DNA from: a virus
Taxonomy: Duplodnaviria > Caudoviricetes
Length of the DNA: 57,878 nt
IMG/VR virus record: IMGVR_UViG_3300020045_009706
Span: 1-57,878 of that record
Direction: 5' to 3' (one strand)
The translations under genes were made by a program, and so were the position numbers. This document shows, one piece after another, positions 9,873-19,234 of this stretch. A model generated the notes under the pieces. It saw only the letters and a list, made by a program, of their open reading frames with translations, was not told where the DNA came from and did not search any database. Each line of letters begins with the position of its first letter. The first letter of the stretch is position 1.

Positions 9873-10991
9873 TTATGCGTTAGTGTTTAATGTTTTAACA
9901 TTGGCTATTGCATTGGTGTTAATTGTTTTAATATTTGCCTTTGCATTTGTATTGTATGTTTTTATATTTGAAGAAGCTTCGTGAACTACAACTAATTTTG
10001 GGTCGTTAGCTGTTCCTTCCCAGTCAACGAGCCAAACTATTATTCTAGTTGTATCTTCATTCCAAATACTTACAGATGGTTCAGTGTTTGATTGGTCTGA
10101 AACAGTCCTAAACCCAAACTTTGATATTCCTGTTTTAGATATTGCTGATAATCCTGAAGCATTCAACGCAAAATCGTTATAAGCAGAAGTGCTAAACGAA
10201 GTAAAAGCTATCCCTGTTGAAAAAGCAGTATTTCCCAATTGGTCAAAATCTGCTGTAGTAATAGTAGTATCAGAAGCTGGAGTAGAAGCTACAGGGACTA
10301 TAGATTGAGTTGGTATATTCGCATTTGTAGTTACAACTTCTCCATATAAAGAAATAGTTGCAGAATCTATTGTATCAGTATCGGGTAAGGCAGAAGTATC
10401 AAAAAGAAAAAACGAACGTGTAATAACTCGCCAAGTATTATCTGGGTCGCCCGTTCTTAGTTGACACGCTATCCCATCAGCTCCGTTAGTTTGTGCCGTT
10501 GTTCCCGTAGAAGCTCCCCTGACATTCGCCCAAGTATCAGCTAAAACCCCAACATCATTAGTCACTAAACCATTAACTGCAGTAGCATTATTAGGATAGA
10601 AAGTGTCTGTAGTATTACCTATTTTCCCTTTTGTAATTTTTCCATCTTCTTTACAAGATACTTTTATTGTATGTTCTAATGTTTGAAGAATAGCTAATTT
10701 AGGATTTTCTATAAAAGTATCTCTATCTTTGTTTTCCCCTCTATCATCTATGAAATTTTCTCTAATACCAGTTCTAGCAAGCAGTGGAGGATTAAATATT
10801 CTAAATCTTTCTATTTCAACAGTGCCATCGCCAAATCCTAAAGACTTACCATCTTTCCAAGCTCTAGCAAATATCTCAATTCCATTTTCAAGTATATTAG
10901 TTTTAACAATTTCAATTTCCAAAGAACCTACTTTATGTTTACCAAGTAGGGTATCTTTTATTCTTGATATTTTATCTAATTTTTCTTTCAT
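9873..10991 (-). CDS. Tail/receptor-binding protein with DNRLRE-like carbohydrate-binding domain
   Basis: RSFFLFDTSALP...IDSATISLY and C-terminal PKLVV; ends in three NIKTxNTNA repeats. Confidence 0.5.
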   Translation of the reverse strand: MKEKLDKISRIKDTLLGKHKVGSLEIEIVKTNILENGIEIFARAWKDGKSLGFGDGTVEIERFRIFNPPLLARTGIRENFIDDRGENKDRDTFIENPKLAILQTLEHTIKVSCKEDGKITKGKIGNTTDTFYPNNATAVNGLVTNDVGVLADTWANVRGASTGTTAQTNGADGIACQLRTGDPDNTWRVITRSFFLFDTSALPDTDTIDSATISLYGEVVTTNANIPTQSIVPVASTPASDTTITTADFDQLGNTAFSTGIAFTSFSTSAYNDFALNASGLSAISKTGISKFGFRTVSDQSNTEPSVSIWNEDTTRIIVWLVDWEGTANDPKLVVVHEASSNIKTYNTNAKANIKTINTNAIANVKTLNTNA

Positions 10992-10992
10992 A

Positions 10993-13900
10993 TTATGCTA
11001 CTGTTGATTGCTGGTCGCTTGATGGCATAAAGAATATTACATCAGCTGAAACAGCAAATCCTACTACTTTAATAATTGCGTCTGCCCCTGTTGGTATTGT
11101 ATTTTGTATAGCACCTAAAGTTTCTCCTGCATAAAGAGTATCTCCTACAGTCCAGTTCCAAGCCGTAAAGAATATCATTGAGCCCGGTAATGCTACTTTC
11201 ATAGTTTGTGTATCGTTTTTAGCTTCCATGGCAATTCCAATTAGTCCTTTACATGTTGCAACTGCATCAGAATCTACTTCAAGCCATTTTCCACCTGAAC
11301 CAAAGAAAACTAAATCACCAGCTGCAGCAGTATAACCTGATTGGAAACTGTCAGTATATGGTCCAGTAACTGTTGCATCACCAGTTGGAAGAGTTAATTT
11401 TATTCCACTACCTGCTGGAAGAATAATACCTGCACCAGCCGCTGTTGTAATTGGCACATTAGAAGTTAGTGTACCTGCTGAGTGTGTAAGTGTTGCATTT
11501 CCTGAATCCCAGTTTATTACACCACCACTTGCTAAGAATAAATCTGAGAAAGCCGTTCCCGCTTGACCAATATAAGCTCCATCATTAGCATCTGGCATAA
11601 GGCCAGTATTTGCTGTGATGGTTGTTCCTACTATTGTTGATGGAGTTGAAGCACCTATTGTTGTACCATCTATTGTTCCACCATTTATATCTGCTGTTGT
11701 TAAGACTGCTGAAGCTGAAGTAAATACTCCGGTTGAAGCATTAAATGTTAAATTAGTATTTGTTTTAATTGGTAGTGAACCAGAAACATCTGTAACAAAA
11801 GCAATAGAACAAGCCGTATCACCAGTTTCTGCTGCCACTGATACTGTTGCTGCATTTCCTGTAATACTTCCAGCAATAGCATTAGTAACTGTCAAATCAA
11901 CAAAGAATCCAGCGGCAATTCTGCTACCAGTAGATGCTAAATTACCAGTCATTGTAAGATTATTTGCACCAAGTGCTAAATCTCCACCAGCTAAAGTAAG
12001 TGTATTTGCACTATGTGTTAGTGTAACATCTGCTGTGTTTGGAGCAGAACTAAATGTAATTACTGCACCATTTCCTAGAAATAGGTCACTCCAACTTATT
12101 GCTGCTGTACCAAGTGCATCGGTATTATCAGTATCTGAAACTAAAGTTGTATTTATTGCGACTGAAGCAAGATTTGAAAGCGCTGTATTTGCTTTTTCAC
12201 TATCAAGTTCTTCAATAGCACCTTGTACTGTAGTTGACGAAATGTTACCTGCTGGTGCAAAAGTAACAGCACCTGCTGAAGTTGAAGTTGTTGCACCACC
12301 AGCAAGAGAAGTTTGAGTTCTTAAATCACTTGATTCTTGGAATTGTCCATCTCCTTTGTATATAAATCTATAGATAAGTTTAACTTCAGCATTTAAGTTT
12401 AATCCAGTTAATACAGGTGCTAGTTCTGCACGAGCTTGGGCTATTGTAGTATATGGGTCTATTGCTTGTGTTGGAACTACATAAATTGGTCTATCTATAT
12501 CAGTTGAAGCATATACCCAATAACATACATACTTAGCGTCGTCAACGCTTTTAAGCGTATAATCGTCAGTATCTAACCAATATGGGTCACCACTTGCACC
12601 AAGATAAGGCAAAGCATAATCTGCAAATGTATAAGTTGTTGCACTTGTTTTGTACCAACCTCTCATAGTTGTTCTTTGCCCTGTTGTAAAAGAGTGGTCT
12701 TCGTCCCAAATAACACCTGTTTCAACTTGAAGTGTTGCATCAGCAGCAGTTGTTGGTGCTGTTAAATCTAAACCACTTTGATAACGTGTTCCAATAGTAC
12801 TGTGTGCCCAAATGTGCATAGGAATATCACGATTATATAAATGAGTTTCTTCTTGAACTGCACCTGTTGCACCATTCCAAAACACTGTAGCTACAAAAAC
12901 ATTAGCATACCAATCCCAAGCATCTGCACTAGCTTTCAAAGTTCCTGAAGCATCATCAAAAGATACATAATAAAGTGTTGGTGTTGCACCAAGCGTTACA
13001 TAATCATCTAAATCACAAGTAATAGCACTTGCTGTAGTATATTTAACACCTTGGAACCAATAAGTATTTGTTCCTGCAGCTAACTGAACTATATGAGTTG
13101 TATTATTCCAAGAAACAATACCATGTGTTTGTATTCCATGATATATTTGTTTTCCATTTAATTGTGTTTGTGCTGAAGAACTTAATCCTTTTACATAAGC
13201 AAGTTCAGTAAGAGATGGATATGTAGCTGTTGCAAGAGTACCTAATGTATTAGTTCCAGACCAATATGCTATTTCATTTGCAGTTCCAGTACCAACTGGT
13301 AAAGTACCAGATGTATCTGGTAATGTTATTGTTCTTACACCAACAGTTGAAGTTCCTGTAATTTTAAATTGATTTGTTCCGGGTGTTGCAGAATCACCAG
13401 CTAACCAAATATATTTCCAAGGTGCAGAAGTTGAACCAAAATCAATTGTTCCAGCAGCATTTGGTATTATTGCACCAGTCATTGGAACTGAACCATCTGC
13501 CATAAAATCACCACTACCTGCACCATCTGTTCCTTTTAATGCTAGTACTTCCCAATAAGCTGTTCCTGATGGATTAGGTGTTTGACCTGTTCCATTTTGT
13601 ATACAAATATAAGAAGTTCCTTGATAAGCAACTGCATCATTTACAACATATGGTGTTCCTGCATTATAAGTACCTTCCCATATCATACCAACTGGACCAG
13701 TTGCACCTGTTGCACCTGTAGCACCTTTATAATTTTTCCATAAACCAGTAAAATCAGAAGCCACTGGTGTTACTATTGCTGTTGTTGTTGTTTTTATTGC
13801 TACATAGTTTAATGCTGGGTCAAAAGTATTTGTAAAGTTAGTTCCTGAATCATCTGAAGCATAAGCTATATAAACATAAGCATTTGCACCATCATCACCT

Positions 13901-14310
13901 GCGGCACCAGTTGGACCTTGAAGCGCATTTACTAATGCCCAAGCACCACCTGATTTGTAAAATACTTCTGCTGTAACTACTGTTGAGAAAGCCCAATCAC
14001 CATCTTGTCCAACTGAATTATCTGGTATTAAAATTGTTGAATAAATAACACTCCCTGCTGGAATTGTAAAATCAAAAACTGCTTCACTTGATGTACCAGA
14101 ATTTGTCACTGTAGCATCTGTCCCCGGTGCTGTAGTTGTTGTTGTTCCAACTTCAATGGTTGCTGATACAGCAATTCCTGATATAGAAAGAATCAACCTA
14201 CCTGTAACTGGGTCAACTCTAAACATTCTTATTTCTTGTGCAGCATTGTCAGTTACCCCAGCAAGTACTGTCACAAAATTTTGGTCTCTTTTTAATATTT
14301 CATCTGCCAT
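10993..14310 (-). CDS. Long tail fibre (module A)
   Basis: 1105 aa, Thr/Gly/Ala-rich; collagen-like GATGATGATGPVG; WEGTYNAGTPY..NDAV CBM-like module. Confidence 0.75.
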   Translation of the reverse strand: MADEILKRDQNFVTVLAGVTDNAAQEIRMFRVDPVTGRLILSISGIAVSATIEVGTTTTTAPGTDATVTNSGTSSEAVFDFTIPAGSVIYSTILIPDNSVGQDGDWAFSTVVTAEVFYKSGGAWALVNALQGPTGAAGDDGANAYVYIAYASDDSGTNFTNTFDPALNYVAIKTTTTAIVTPVASDFTGLWKNYKGATGATGATGPVGMIWEGTYNAGTPYVVNDAVAYQGTSYICIQNGTGQTPNPSGTAYWEVLALKGTDGAGSGDFMADGSVPMTGAIIPNAAGTIDFGSTSAPWKYIWLAGDSATPGTNQFKITGTSTVGVRTITLPDTSGTLPVGTGTANEIAYWSGTNTLGTLATATYPSLTELAYVKGLSSSAQTQLNGKQIYHGIQTHGIVSWNNTTHIVQLAAGTNTYWFQGVKYTTASAITCDLDDYVTLGATPTLYYVSFDDASGTLKASADAWDWYANVFVATVFWNGATGAVQEETHLYNRDIPMHIWAHSTIGTRYQSGLDLTAPTTAADATLQVETGVIWDEDHSFTTGQRTTMRGWYKTSATTYTFADYALPYLGASGDPYWLDTDDYTLKSVDDAKYVCYWVYASTDIDRPIYVVPTQAIDPYTTIAQARAELAPVLTGLNLNAEVKLIYRFIYKGDGQFQESSDLRTQTSLAGGATTSTSAGAVTFAPAGNISSTTVQGAIEELDSEKANTALSNLASVAINTTLVSDTDNTDALGTAAISWSDLFLGNGAVITFSSAPNTADVTLTHSANTLTLAGGDLALGANNLTMTGNLASTGSRIAAGFFVDLTVTNAIAGSITGNAATVSVAAETGDTACSIAFVTDVSGSLPIKTNTNLTFNASTGVFTSASAVLTTADINGGTIDGTTIGASTPSTIVGTTITANTGLMPDANDGAYIGQAGTAFSDLFLASGGVINWDSGNATLTHSAGTLTSNVPITTAAGAGIILPAGSGIKLTLPTGDATVTGPYTDSFQSGYTAAAGDLVFFGSGGKWLEVDSDAVATCKGLIGIAMEAKNDTQTMKVALPGSMIFFTAWNWTVGDTLYAGETLGAIQNTIPTGADAIIKVVGFAVSADVIFFMPSSDQQSTVA

Positions 14311-14321
14311 ATATTTTATAA

Positions 14322-14600
14322 TTAAAATTGTGCTAATAAATAACCATTCTCATCTGTTCTTATTGGAACTAATGTTACACCATCTACACTTGATACACCA
14401 TAAACTGTTGGTCTGAAATTTTGGTCTCTCTTATTCATACTGAGTGCTGTAGCAACAATGCTATCAGCTTCTGCTTTAGCTAATGGATAATTAGTAATAG
14501 GGTCCACACGAAACATTAAAATATCATTTGTTGCAGCTGTTGAAACTCCTGCTCCAACAGTTTTATGATTCTCTTCTCTTTTTAATACTTCGTCTGCCAT
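14322..14600 (-). CDS. Small virion protein with two RD(Q/E)N repeats related to the fibre N-terminus
   Basis: Homolog of 55511..55795 and of the N-termini of both fibres. Confidence 0.6.
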   Translation of the reverse strand: MADEVLKREENHKTVGAGVSTAATNDILMFRVDPITNYPLAKAEADSIVATALSMNKRDQNFRPTVYGVSSVDGVTLVPIRTDENGYLLAQF

Positions 14601-14602
14601 AA

Positions 14603-14887
14603 TTATTTTTCAATTACTACTAATATTGCTGTTGCTGCTTGTTCTATAAATTGAGCTGTTGTTGCTTGTATAATAAAGACCTTTGATGTATTGGCTGGAA
14701 TAAACTCATCAAAAGCATTTGAAGCAGCTGTTGCACCCCATTTCATAAATATACCTTTATCTATTGCTGTAACCTCTATATATTCCGATGCTGTATTAAA
14801 AGTTATAGCTGTTGAGCTACTAATAGTTGCATCATATGTTGCAACTAATGTTGGAGCTTTTGGATTCATAAAAAATTCGTTATTCAT
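14603..14887 (-). CDS. Small virion protein
   Basis: Homolog of 55800..56087 (NPKAPTL, KGIFMKWGATA, FDE). Confidence 0.6.
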   Translation of the reverse strand: MNNEFFMNPKAPTLVATYDATISSSTAITFNTASEYIEVTAIDKGIFMKWGATAASNAFDEFIPANTSKVFIIQATTAQFIEQAATAILVVIEK

Positions 14888-15416
14888 ATTTTTTTTGTTT
14901 GTTTTCTAATAATTGTAATGCGACTTTTATTTGTGCTTGTCTACTTTCAATGTGAGCTTTTTCCTTTTCAATTTCTTCATTTGCTTTTTCAATTGTTTTC
15001 TTATCGTTGGCGATGATGGTTTTATCAATAGCAATTCCCCTTCTAATTTCTTCAAATTCTTTATGCTGTCTTGCGACTTCTTTGTCCCATTTATCGCTTC
15101 TTTCATTGATGTCTGCCAAAAGACCAGTGATTTTATCGTAAGTTTCTGAAACAAAATTAGAAATGTTTGTAATACTCTTGCAAATATTGTGTATTTCTTC
15201 ATAATTTTCATGTGTATTATTTAATAATTCCTTACTTTCATCAAGAACCATTTGAACACGTTCCATTGCTGCTTTTTCTCGTATTGTTAGATAATCATTT
15301 TCTTCTTCTTTTAATTTAAAAATTATATTCTGTGTTTCAGAAATTTTAAGAGTAGTGGCTGCTAGTTCCTTCATTATGTCCATCTTTTCTTTTGTTAATT
15401 CTGTTATTTCTTTCAT
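14880..15416 (-). CDS. Coiled-coil protein
   Basis: Homolog of 56077..56607 (NYEE.H.IC, WDKEV, HIES). Confidence 0.6.
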   Translation of the reverse strand: MKEITELTKEKMDIMKELAATTLKISETQNIIFKLKEEENDYLTIREKAAMERVQMVLDESKELLNNTHENYEEIHNICKSITNISNFVSETYDKITGLLADINERSDKWDKEVARQHKEFEEIRRGIAIDKTIIANDKKTIEKANEEIEKEKAHIESRQAQIKVALQLLENKQKKYE

Positions 15417-15417
15417 A

Positions 15418-15463
15418 AAGTTGTGTCAGGGCTTGCACCTGATGTTGTCTATGCACACAACTT
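15418..15463 (-). promoter_or_regulatory. Conserved structured RNA element directly upstream of the 15416 start codon
   Basis: Two stems with compensatory changes relative to the copy at 56609-56654. Confidence 0.65.
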
Positions 15464-15469
15464 GAGTTG

Positions 15470-16072
15470 TTATGCTAACAACTTTTCTAATGTAGCTTTA
15501 CTTGCACGTCTATCAAACTTAATTCCTTTCTTTTCAAGCTCTTCAATCACTTCTTGCTTGTCTTGAAAAGTTTTAACCTCTGGTTGAGCAACCTTTTCCG
15601 TTGTTTCAACTTTTTTTACCTCATCAACCTTTGGTAACTCAGTTTCTGAACTAAGACCTAGTTTTTCTTCAACTAATTTCCTATATTCTTCAACTTTAGC
15701 CATCAATTTGTCTGTTTCAGACTGTTGAGCAGCTTTTTCTTCAGTATAAAGCTCCTTTATGAAGCTATCTGATAGCTCTTTAAGCTTCTCTGGGCTCCAA
15801 ATTGGAACTCCAGTTGGTACTCCAGCAGTATCAATTGTAGCAGCGGGAGATATGTTTAGTACTCTTTTTGCTAGGTTTTGAGCTAATAAATGACCAACAT
15901 GATAAGGGAGAATCATTGTTTCACCAGCTTCTATGCCCGGTAAACCAGATTTTCCATTAATTGCACGACCATCATACATACAACCCATTTCTGGGGTGAA
16001 ACCAAACGTCGTATGGTTGTGAAAAGAGACAACCTTAAAATCATTTGGATTTGAAATTTGTGAGTTTATCAT
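15470..16072 (-). CDS. Protein with C-terminal HeH/LEM-like motif
   Basis: KQEVIEELEKKGIKFDRRASKATLEKLL; homolog of 56666..57343. Confidence 0.6.
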   Translation of the reverse strand: MINSQISNPNDFKVVSFHNHTTFGFTPEMGCMYDGRAINGKSGLPGIEAGETMILPYHVGHLLAQNLAKRVLNISPAATIDTAGVPTGVPIWSPEKLKELSDSFIKELYTEEKAAQQSETDKLMAKVEEYRKLVEEKLGLSSETELPKVDEVKKVETTEKVAQPEVKTFQDKQEVIEELEKKGIKFDRRASKATLEKLLA

Positions 16073-16097
16073 AAATTTTTTATCCTCCTAATTAATA

Positions 16098-16177
16098 ATC
16101 AAGCTTCGTCCTTCTTGATACAGAAACTAAAATGTTCTGTGTCTGACCCTCTTTTGCAAGAGAGCCAAGACAAAACA
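16098..16177 (-). promoter_or_regulatory. Conserved structured intergenic RNA element
   Basis: Hairpin with AAGGAYGAAG loop and further stems conserved by covariation at 57369-57458. Confidence 0.55.
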
Positions 16178-16876
16178 CTAGCGAACAAAATACCTAACCA
16201 AAGCACCCATATCTGCTGCAGCATTTGCAACGATAGCATAACCAAGGTTTTGGGCATCAAATGCTCCTTCTGTAGTTGCTAATACAACTACTTGTCCAAC
16301 AGTGTCATCACCAGTTGCAAATCCCTTTCCAACTACTAATGTTTCACCTGTTAGAACACGTCCATCTCCATTTGTAAGAATCCAACCATAATCACTAGCA
16401 GCAAATGATACCTGTGTACCTCCTTGTGCCATCTGCACCATTGAGGTAACAGCAGCAGGGTCACATTCTGACATTGTCATGATAGTGACATCAGAATCAG
16501 CTACTGCAAGAGCAGTACTTAGTGCTGTTTCTGGATAGAGTGTCAATGTTGTTGCGTTGTTGGTTTTAATCTTAAATGTTTGACCTTTTCCTGTTCCATC
16601 ATCAATTACTCCGATGCCATCTTCATATGCACCAATAGTAAATGCAGAACCAGAATCGGTAAGATAAACGATTCGTCCTTGGTTATCTGCGGAAGATGAC
16701 CAAGTATCAGCTGAAGCTACTCCGTTTGGTACGGCAATTAAACTTGTAGCAATAGCTGTGTTCGCTTTGATAAACTGCCATTCACGTCCATCGGGAGTCA
16801 TTGCTCTTTCTCCGAGCTTGAACTCACCGCGTCCAGTAATGGTTTGATAAACTGACTGAAATGAAATTTTATTCAT
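16178..16876 (-). CDS. Putative capsid decoration/cement protein
   Basis: Downstream of capsid; DGREWQFIKA and YGWI motifs; homolog at 57459..57878. Confidence 0.55.
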   Translation of the reverse strand: MNKISFQSVYQTITGRGEFKLGERAMTPDGREWQFIKANTAIATSLIAVPNGVASADTWSSSADNQGRIVYLTDSGSAFTIGAYEDGIGVIDDGTGKGQTFKIKTNNATTLTLYPETALSTALAVADSDVTIMTMSECDPAAVTSMVQMAQGGTQVSFAASDYGWILTNGDGRVLTGETLVVGKGFATGDDTVGQVVVLATTEGAFDAQNLGYAIVANAAADMGALVRYFVR

Positions 16877-16947
16877 ATTATTTTTCAGGTTTTGGATTCT
16901 TAATCCGCAACCAGTTTGAGAACATCGTTCTCTTAATTAATAAACTA

Positions 16948-17076
16948 CTAAACTTCTTCTACTACAGCTGCTTCATCAGCAGCTAACTCTTCTTCAACTT
17001 CTGCAGCTTCTTCAGCTATAACCTCTTCAGGTGTAACTTCTTCAGCTGGAGTTTGGATTGGATTTTCGTCACTCAT
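16948..17076 (-). CDS. 42-aa highly acidic peptide (not in ORF track)
   Basis: Manual translation MSDENPIQTPAEEVTPEEVIAEEAAEVEEELAADEAAVVEEV; fills an intergenic gap. Confidence 0.55.
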   Translation of the reverse strand: MSDENPIQTPAEEVTPEEVIAEEAAEVEEELAADEAAVVEEV

Positions 17077-17104
17077 AATATTATTTACTTCAATTAATTA
17101 ATAA

Positions 17105-18100
17105 TTATGCTTCACGAACAATCAACCCTGCATCTGAGTAGTTGTGAGCAATACCAACTGTTGTAGGAATAACCGCAGCTACTTTAGCTGCACCAAATCC
17201 TGATGTTGTGTAAGAACCAGCAAAGATATTGTTTGAAAATACTCCTGTTCCTACTAAACTAACATATCTTGCTGTTGTAGCAGAACTTAATGCTGGAAGC
17301 ACATCAGCAAACGTATTGTTGTTGATAGTAAATCCTAACATTCCTGAACCAGCAAAGATTATGTGAACATCTACTGCTGTTGCAATACCTTGGAAGGTGT
17401 TATTTTCAATAACAACATCTTGTGGTACTGAAACACCTGTACCCTTAAGAATAATGTCTCCAACATTCTTATAGAATACATTGTTTGCAATTCTAACTTG
17501 CCATGAACCTCCATTTGCAGACCACATAATAGCTCCTCCTGTCAAAGCATTTGTTGCTGTTGTACCTTTACAATTCTTGAAATGACAACCAATAATTGTA
17601 GTACCGGAAGAATCTTTTGTAGTTGCACCATCTGAATCAAGCAATATTCCACCACCAGTTGTACCTGCTCCATTGAAACCTAAGTTTGCAATGAGACAGC
17701 CCATTGAACGGATAGTAAGGATAATTTCTGTTGTTGCAACAGCATCACCCTTAATTTGTGGTAAACCACCTTGTGTCAAACCGGAACTTATTCCGATTAA
17801 TTTCAATTGAGGTTTATCATTTGGAATAATAATTGATTCTGCATAACTTTCTGGGTCACTTGAATTTTCATGAATATCCTTTGCTTTGATATAAATGGTA
17901 TCTCCAGCACTTGCTGCATCAACAGCTGCTTGAATAGTTAAGAGTGCATCACTAGGACTTGTTCCAGTATTTGCATCACTACCAGTATCTCCATCAACAA
18001 AGAATACTCCTTCTGAAAATGTACTTACATCACCCAATACTTCTGATGCAAGAATTTTTGCTCCATATTTTAGAGCGGGAACATATTCGTGTAATAACAT
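17105..18100 (-). CDS. Right-handed beta-helix (pectin-lyase-like) virion protein
   Basis: FFVDGDTGSDANTG...LTIQAAVDAASAGDTIYI motif and repeated IxNNxF turns; start taken at MLLHEY. Confidence 0.7.
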   Translation of the reverse strand: MLLHEYVPALKYGAKILASEVLGDVSTFSEGVFFVDGDTGSDANTGTSPSDALLTIQAAVDAASAGDTIYIKAKDIHENSSDPESYAESIIIPNDKPQLKLIGISSGLTQGGLPQIKGDAVATTEIILTIRSMGCLIANLGFNGAGTTGGGILLDSDGATTKDSSGTTIIGCHFKNCKGTTATNALTGGAIMWSANGGSWQVRIANNVFYKNVGDIILKGTGVSVPQDVVIENNTFQGIATAVDVHIIFAGSGMLGFTINNNTFADVLPALSSATTARYVSLVGTGVFSNNIFAGSYTTSGFGAAKVAAVIPTTVGIAHNYSDAGLIVREA

Positions 18101-18169
18101 ATATTTTCTTTGTATTTTTCTCTCTCGGGTCAAGCCCGGTCAAGAGCAAAATATATTAATCTAATAATA

Positions 18170-19231
18170 CTAACTTAATCCGGCCATTGAACCATTCAAA
18201 CGTGGTGCTGTAGCTACGAAGTTTCCTGCGTAGATTAAGTAACCAACTTTTGTCAACTGGTCAACTGGAGCCATCATCTTTCTAAATTGGAATCCACGAG
18301 TTGACTTAACATTACCCGGTACTCCACTTGGAACTGCATCTGAAGTCATTTTGAAGTTAGCTGTCATGATGTTTTCATCTTGATAGTTAAATCCAACGAA
18401 TCCAAATCCCTTTGTGTTAACTAAGAACAATTTACCTGATGGTACTTGTTCATCTTTAGCAATAGGTGTTCCTCTAAATGTCAAATAAACGAAACCTTGT
18501 TCTGCACCAAGACCTGCACCTTTAGCTGCAACTCCACCCCAAGCATTCATTTTTGGATAACCTGAAGTTGAGAAGTTTGCACGTACTGTTGGAGCAAGCA
18601 ATGTCTCATATGTTGACCAGATTGCCTTTGTTGTAAGCATCAAATCTGGAGAATCAACACCGATTGTTACTGCATCATCAGCTGTAGCAAGCTTAGCAAG
18701 AGTCAAAGCACCTGCTGCTGCTAAATAATATCCAGCAAATGTTGTGTAAGTTGCACGAGCAAGACCTCCATATGTAGCATACAATGTAGCATCAGATGCT
18801 GCATTTGCTAATGAGTCCCAATCATTTCCTGTACCATTTCCTGTATAAAGATTTTGAGCCATAAGAGTCATCAAAGACTGTGCTTGTGAATCAAATTCAG
18901 TATCAAGAAGGTTGACAATTTGTTCATCACCCATGTTTGCAGTAGTTTCAGCAATAGCAACAACGACTGGCTTGTTAGCAGCCTTGAGGTTGAAGTTAGC
19001 TTGTACACGCACATTCTGGCGATCTGTATCGAGTTTGTCTGCAATACCCATGTTTCCACCATTTGTGGTGTCCTGGTATTTAATTGCAAACTTGTAAGAA
19101 GTACCCGATGTCCACTCCTTAGGCTTCTGAAGATATGTCATGAGACCAGGAGTACCAGTGGTAACTTGGTCAAAAACTTTCTTCAAGATGTATTCACGAG
19201 TTGTCGTGGTTACGGCTTGGTTAAAAATCAT
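18170..19231 (-). CDS. Major capsid protein
   Basis: 353 aa after scaffold; capsid-like motifs (LYTGNGTG..WDSL, GFVYLTFRGTPIAKDEQVPSG). Confidence 0.8.
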   Translation of the reverse strand: MIFNQAVTTTTREYILKKVFDQVTTGTPGLMTYLQKPKEWTSGTSYKFAIKYQDTTNGGNMGIADKLDTDRQNVRVQANFNLKAANKPVVVAIAETTANMGDEQIVNLLDTEFDSQAQSLMTLMAQNLYTGNGTGNDWDSLANAASDATLYATYGGLARATYTTFAGYYLAAAGALTLAKLATADDAVTIGVDSPDLMLTTKAIWSTYETLLAPTVRANFSTSGYPKMNAWGGVAAKGAGLGAEQGFVYLTFRGTPIAKDEQVPSGKLFLVNTKGFGFVGFNYQDENIMTANFKMTSDAVPSGVPGNVKSTRGFQFRKMMAPVDQLTKVGYLIYAGNFVATAPRLNGSMAGLS

Positions 19232-19234
19232 ATA

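Noticed and set aside
11615-12316. Long plus-strand ORFs (also 25298..25822, 54990..55472, 56706..57152 and others)
   Set aside because: Antisense shadows of well-supported minus-strand genes
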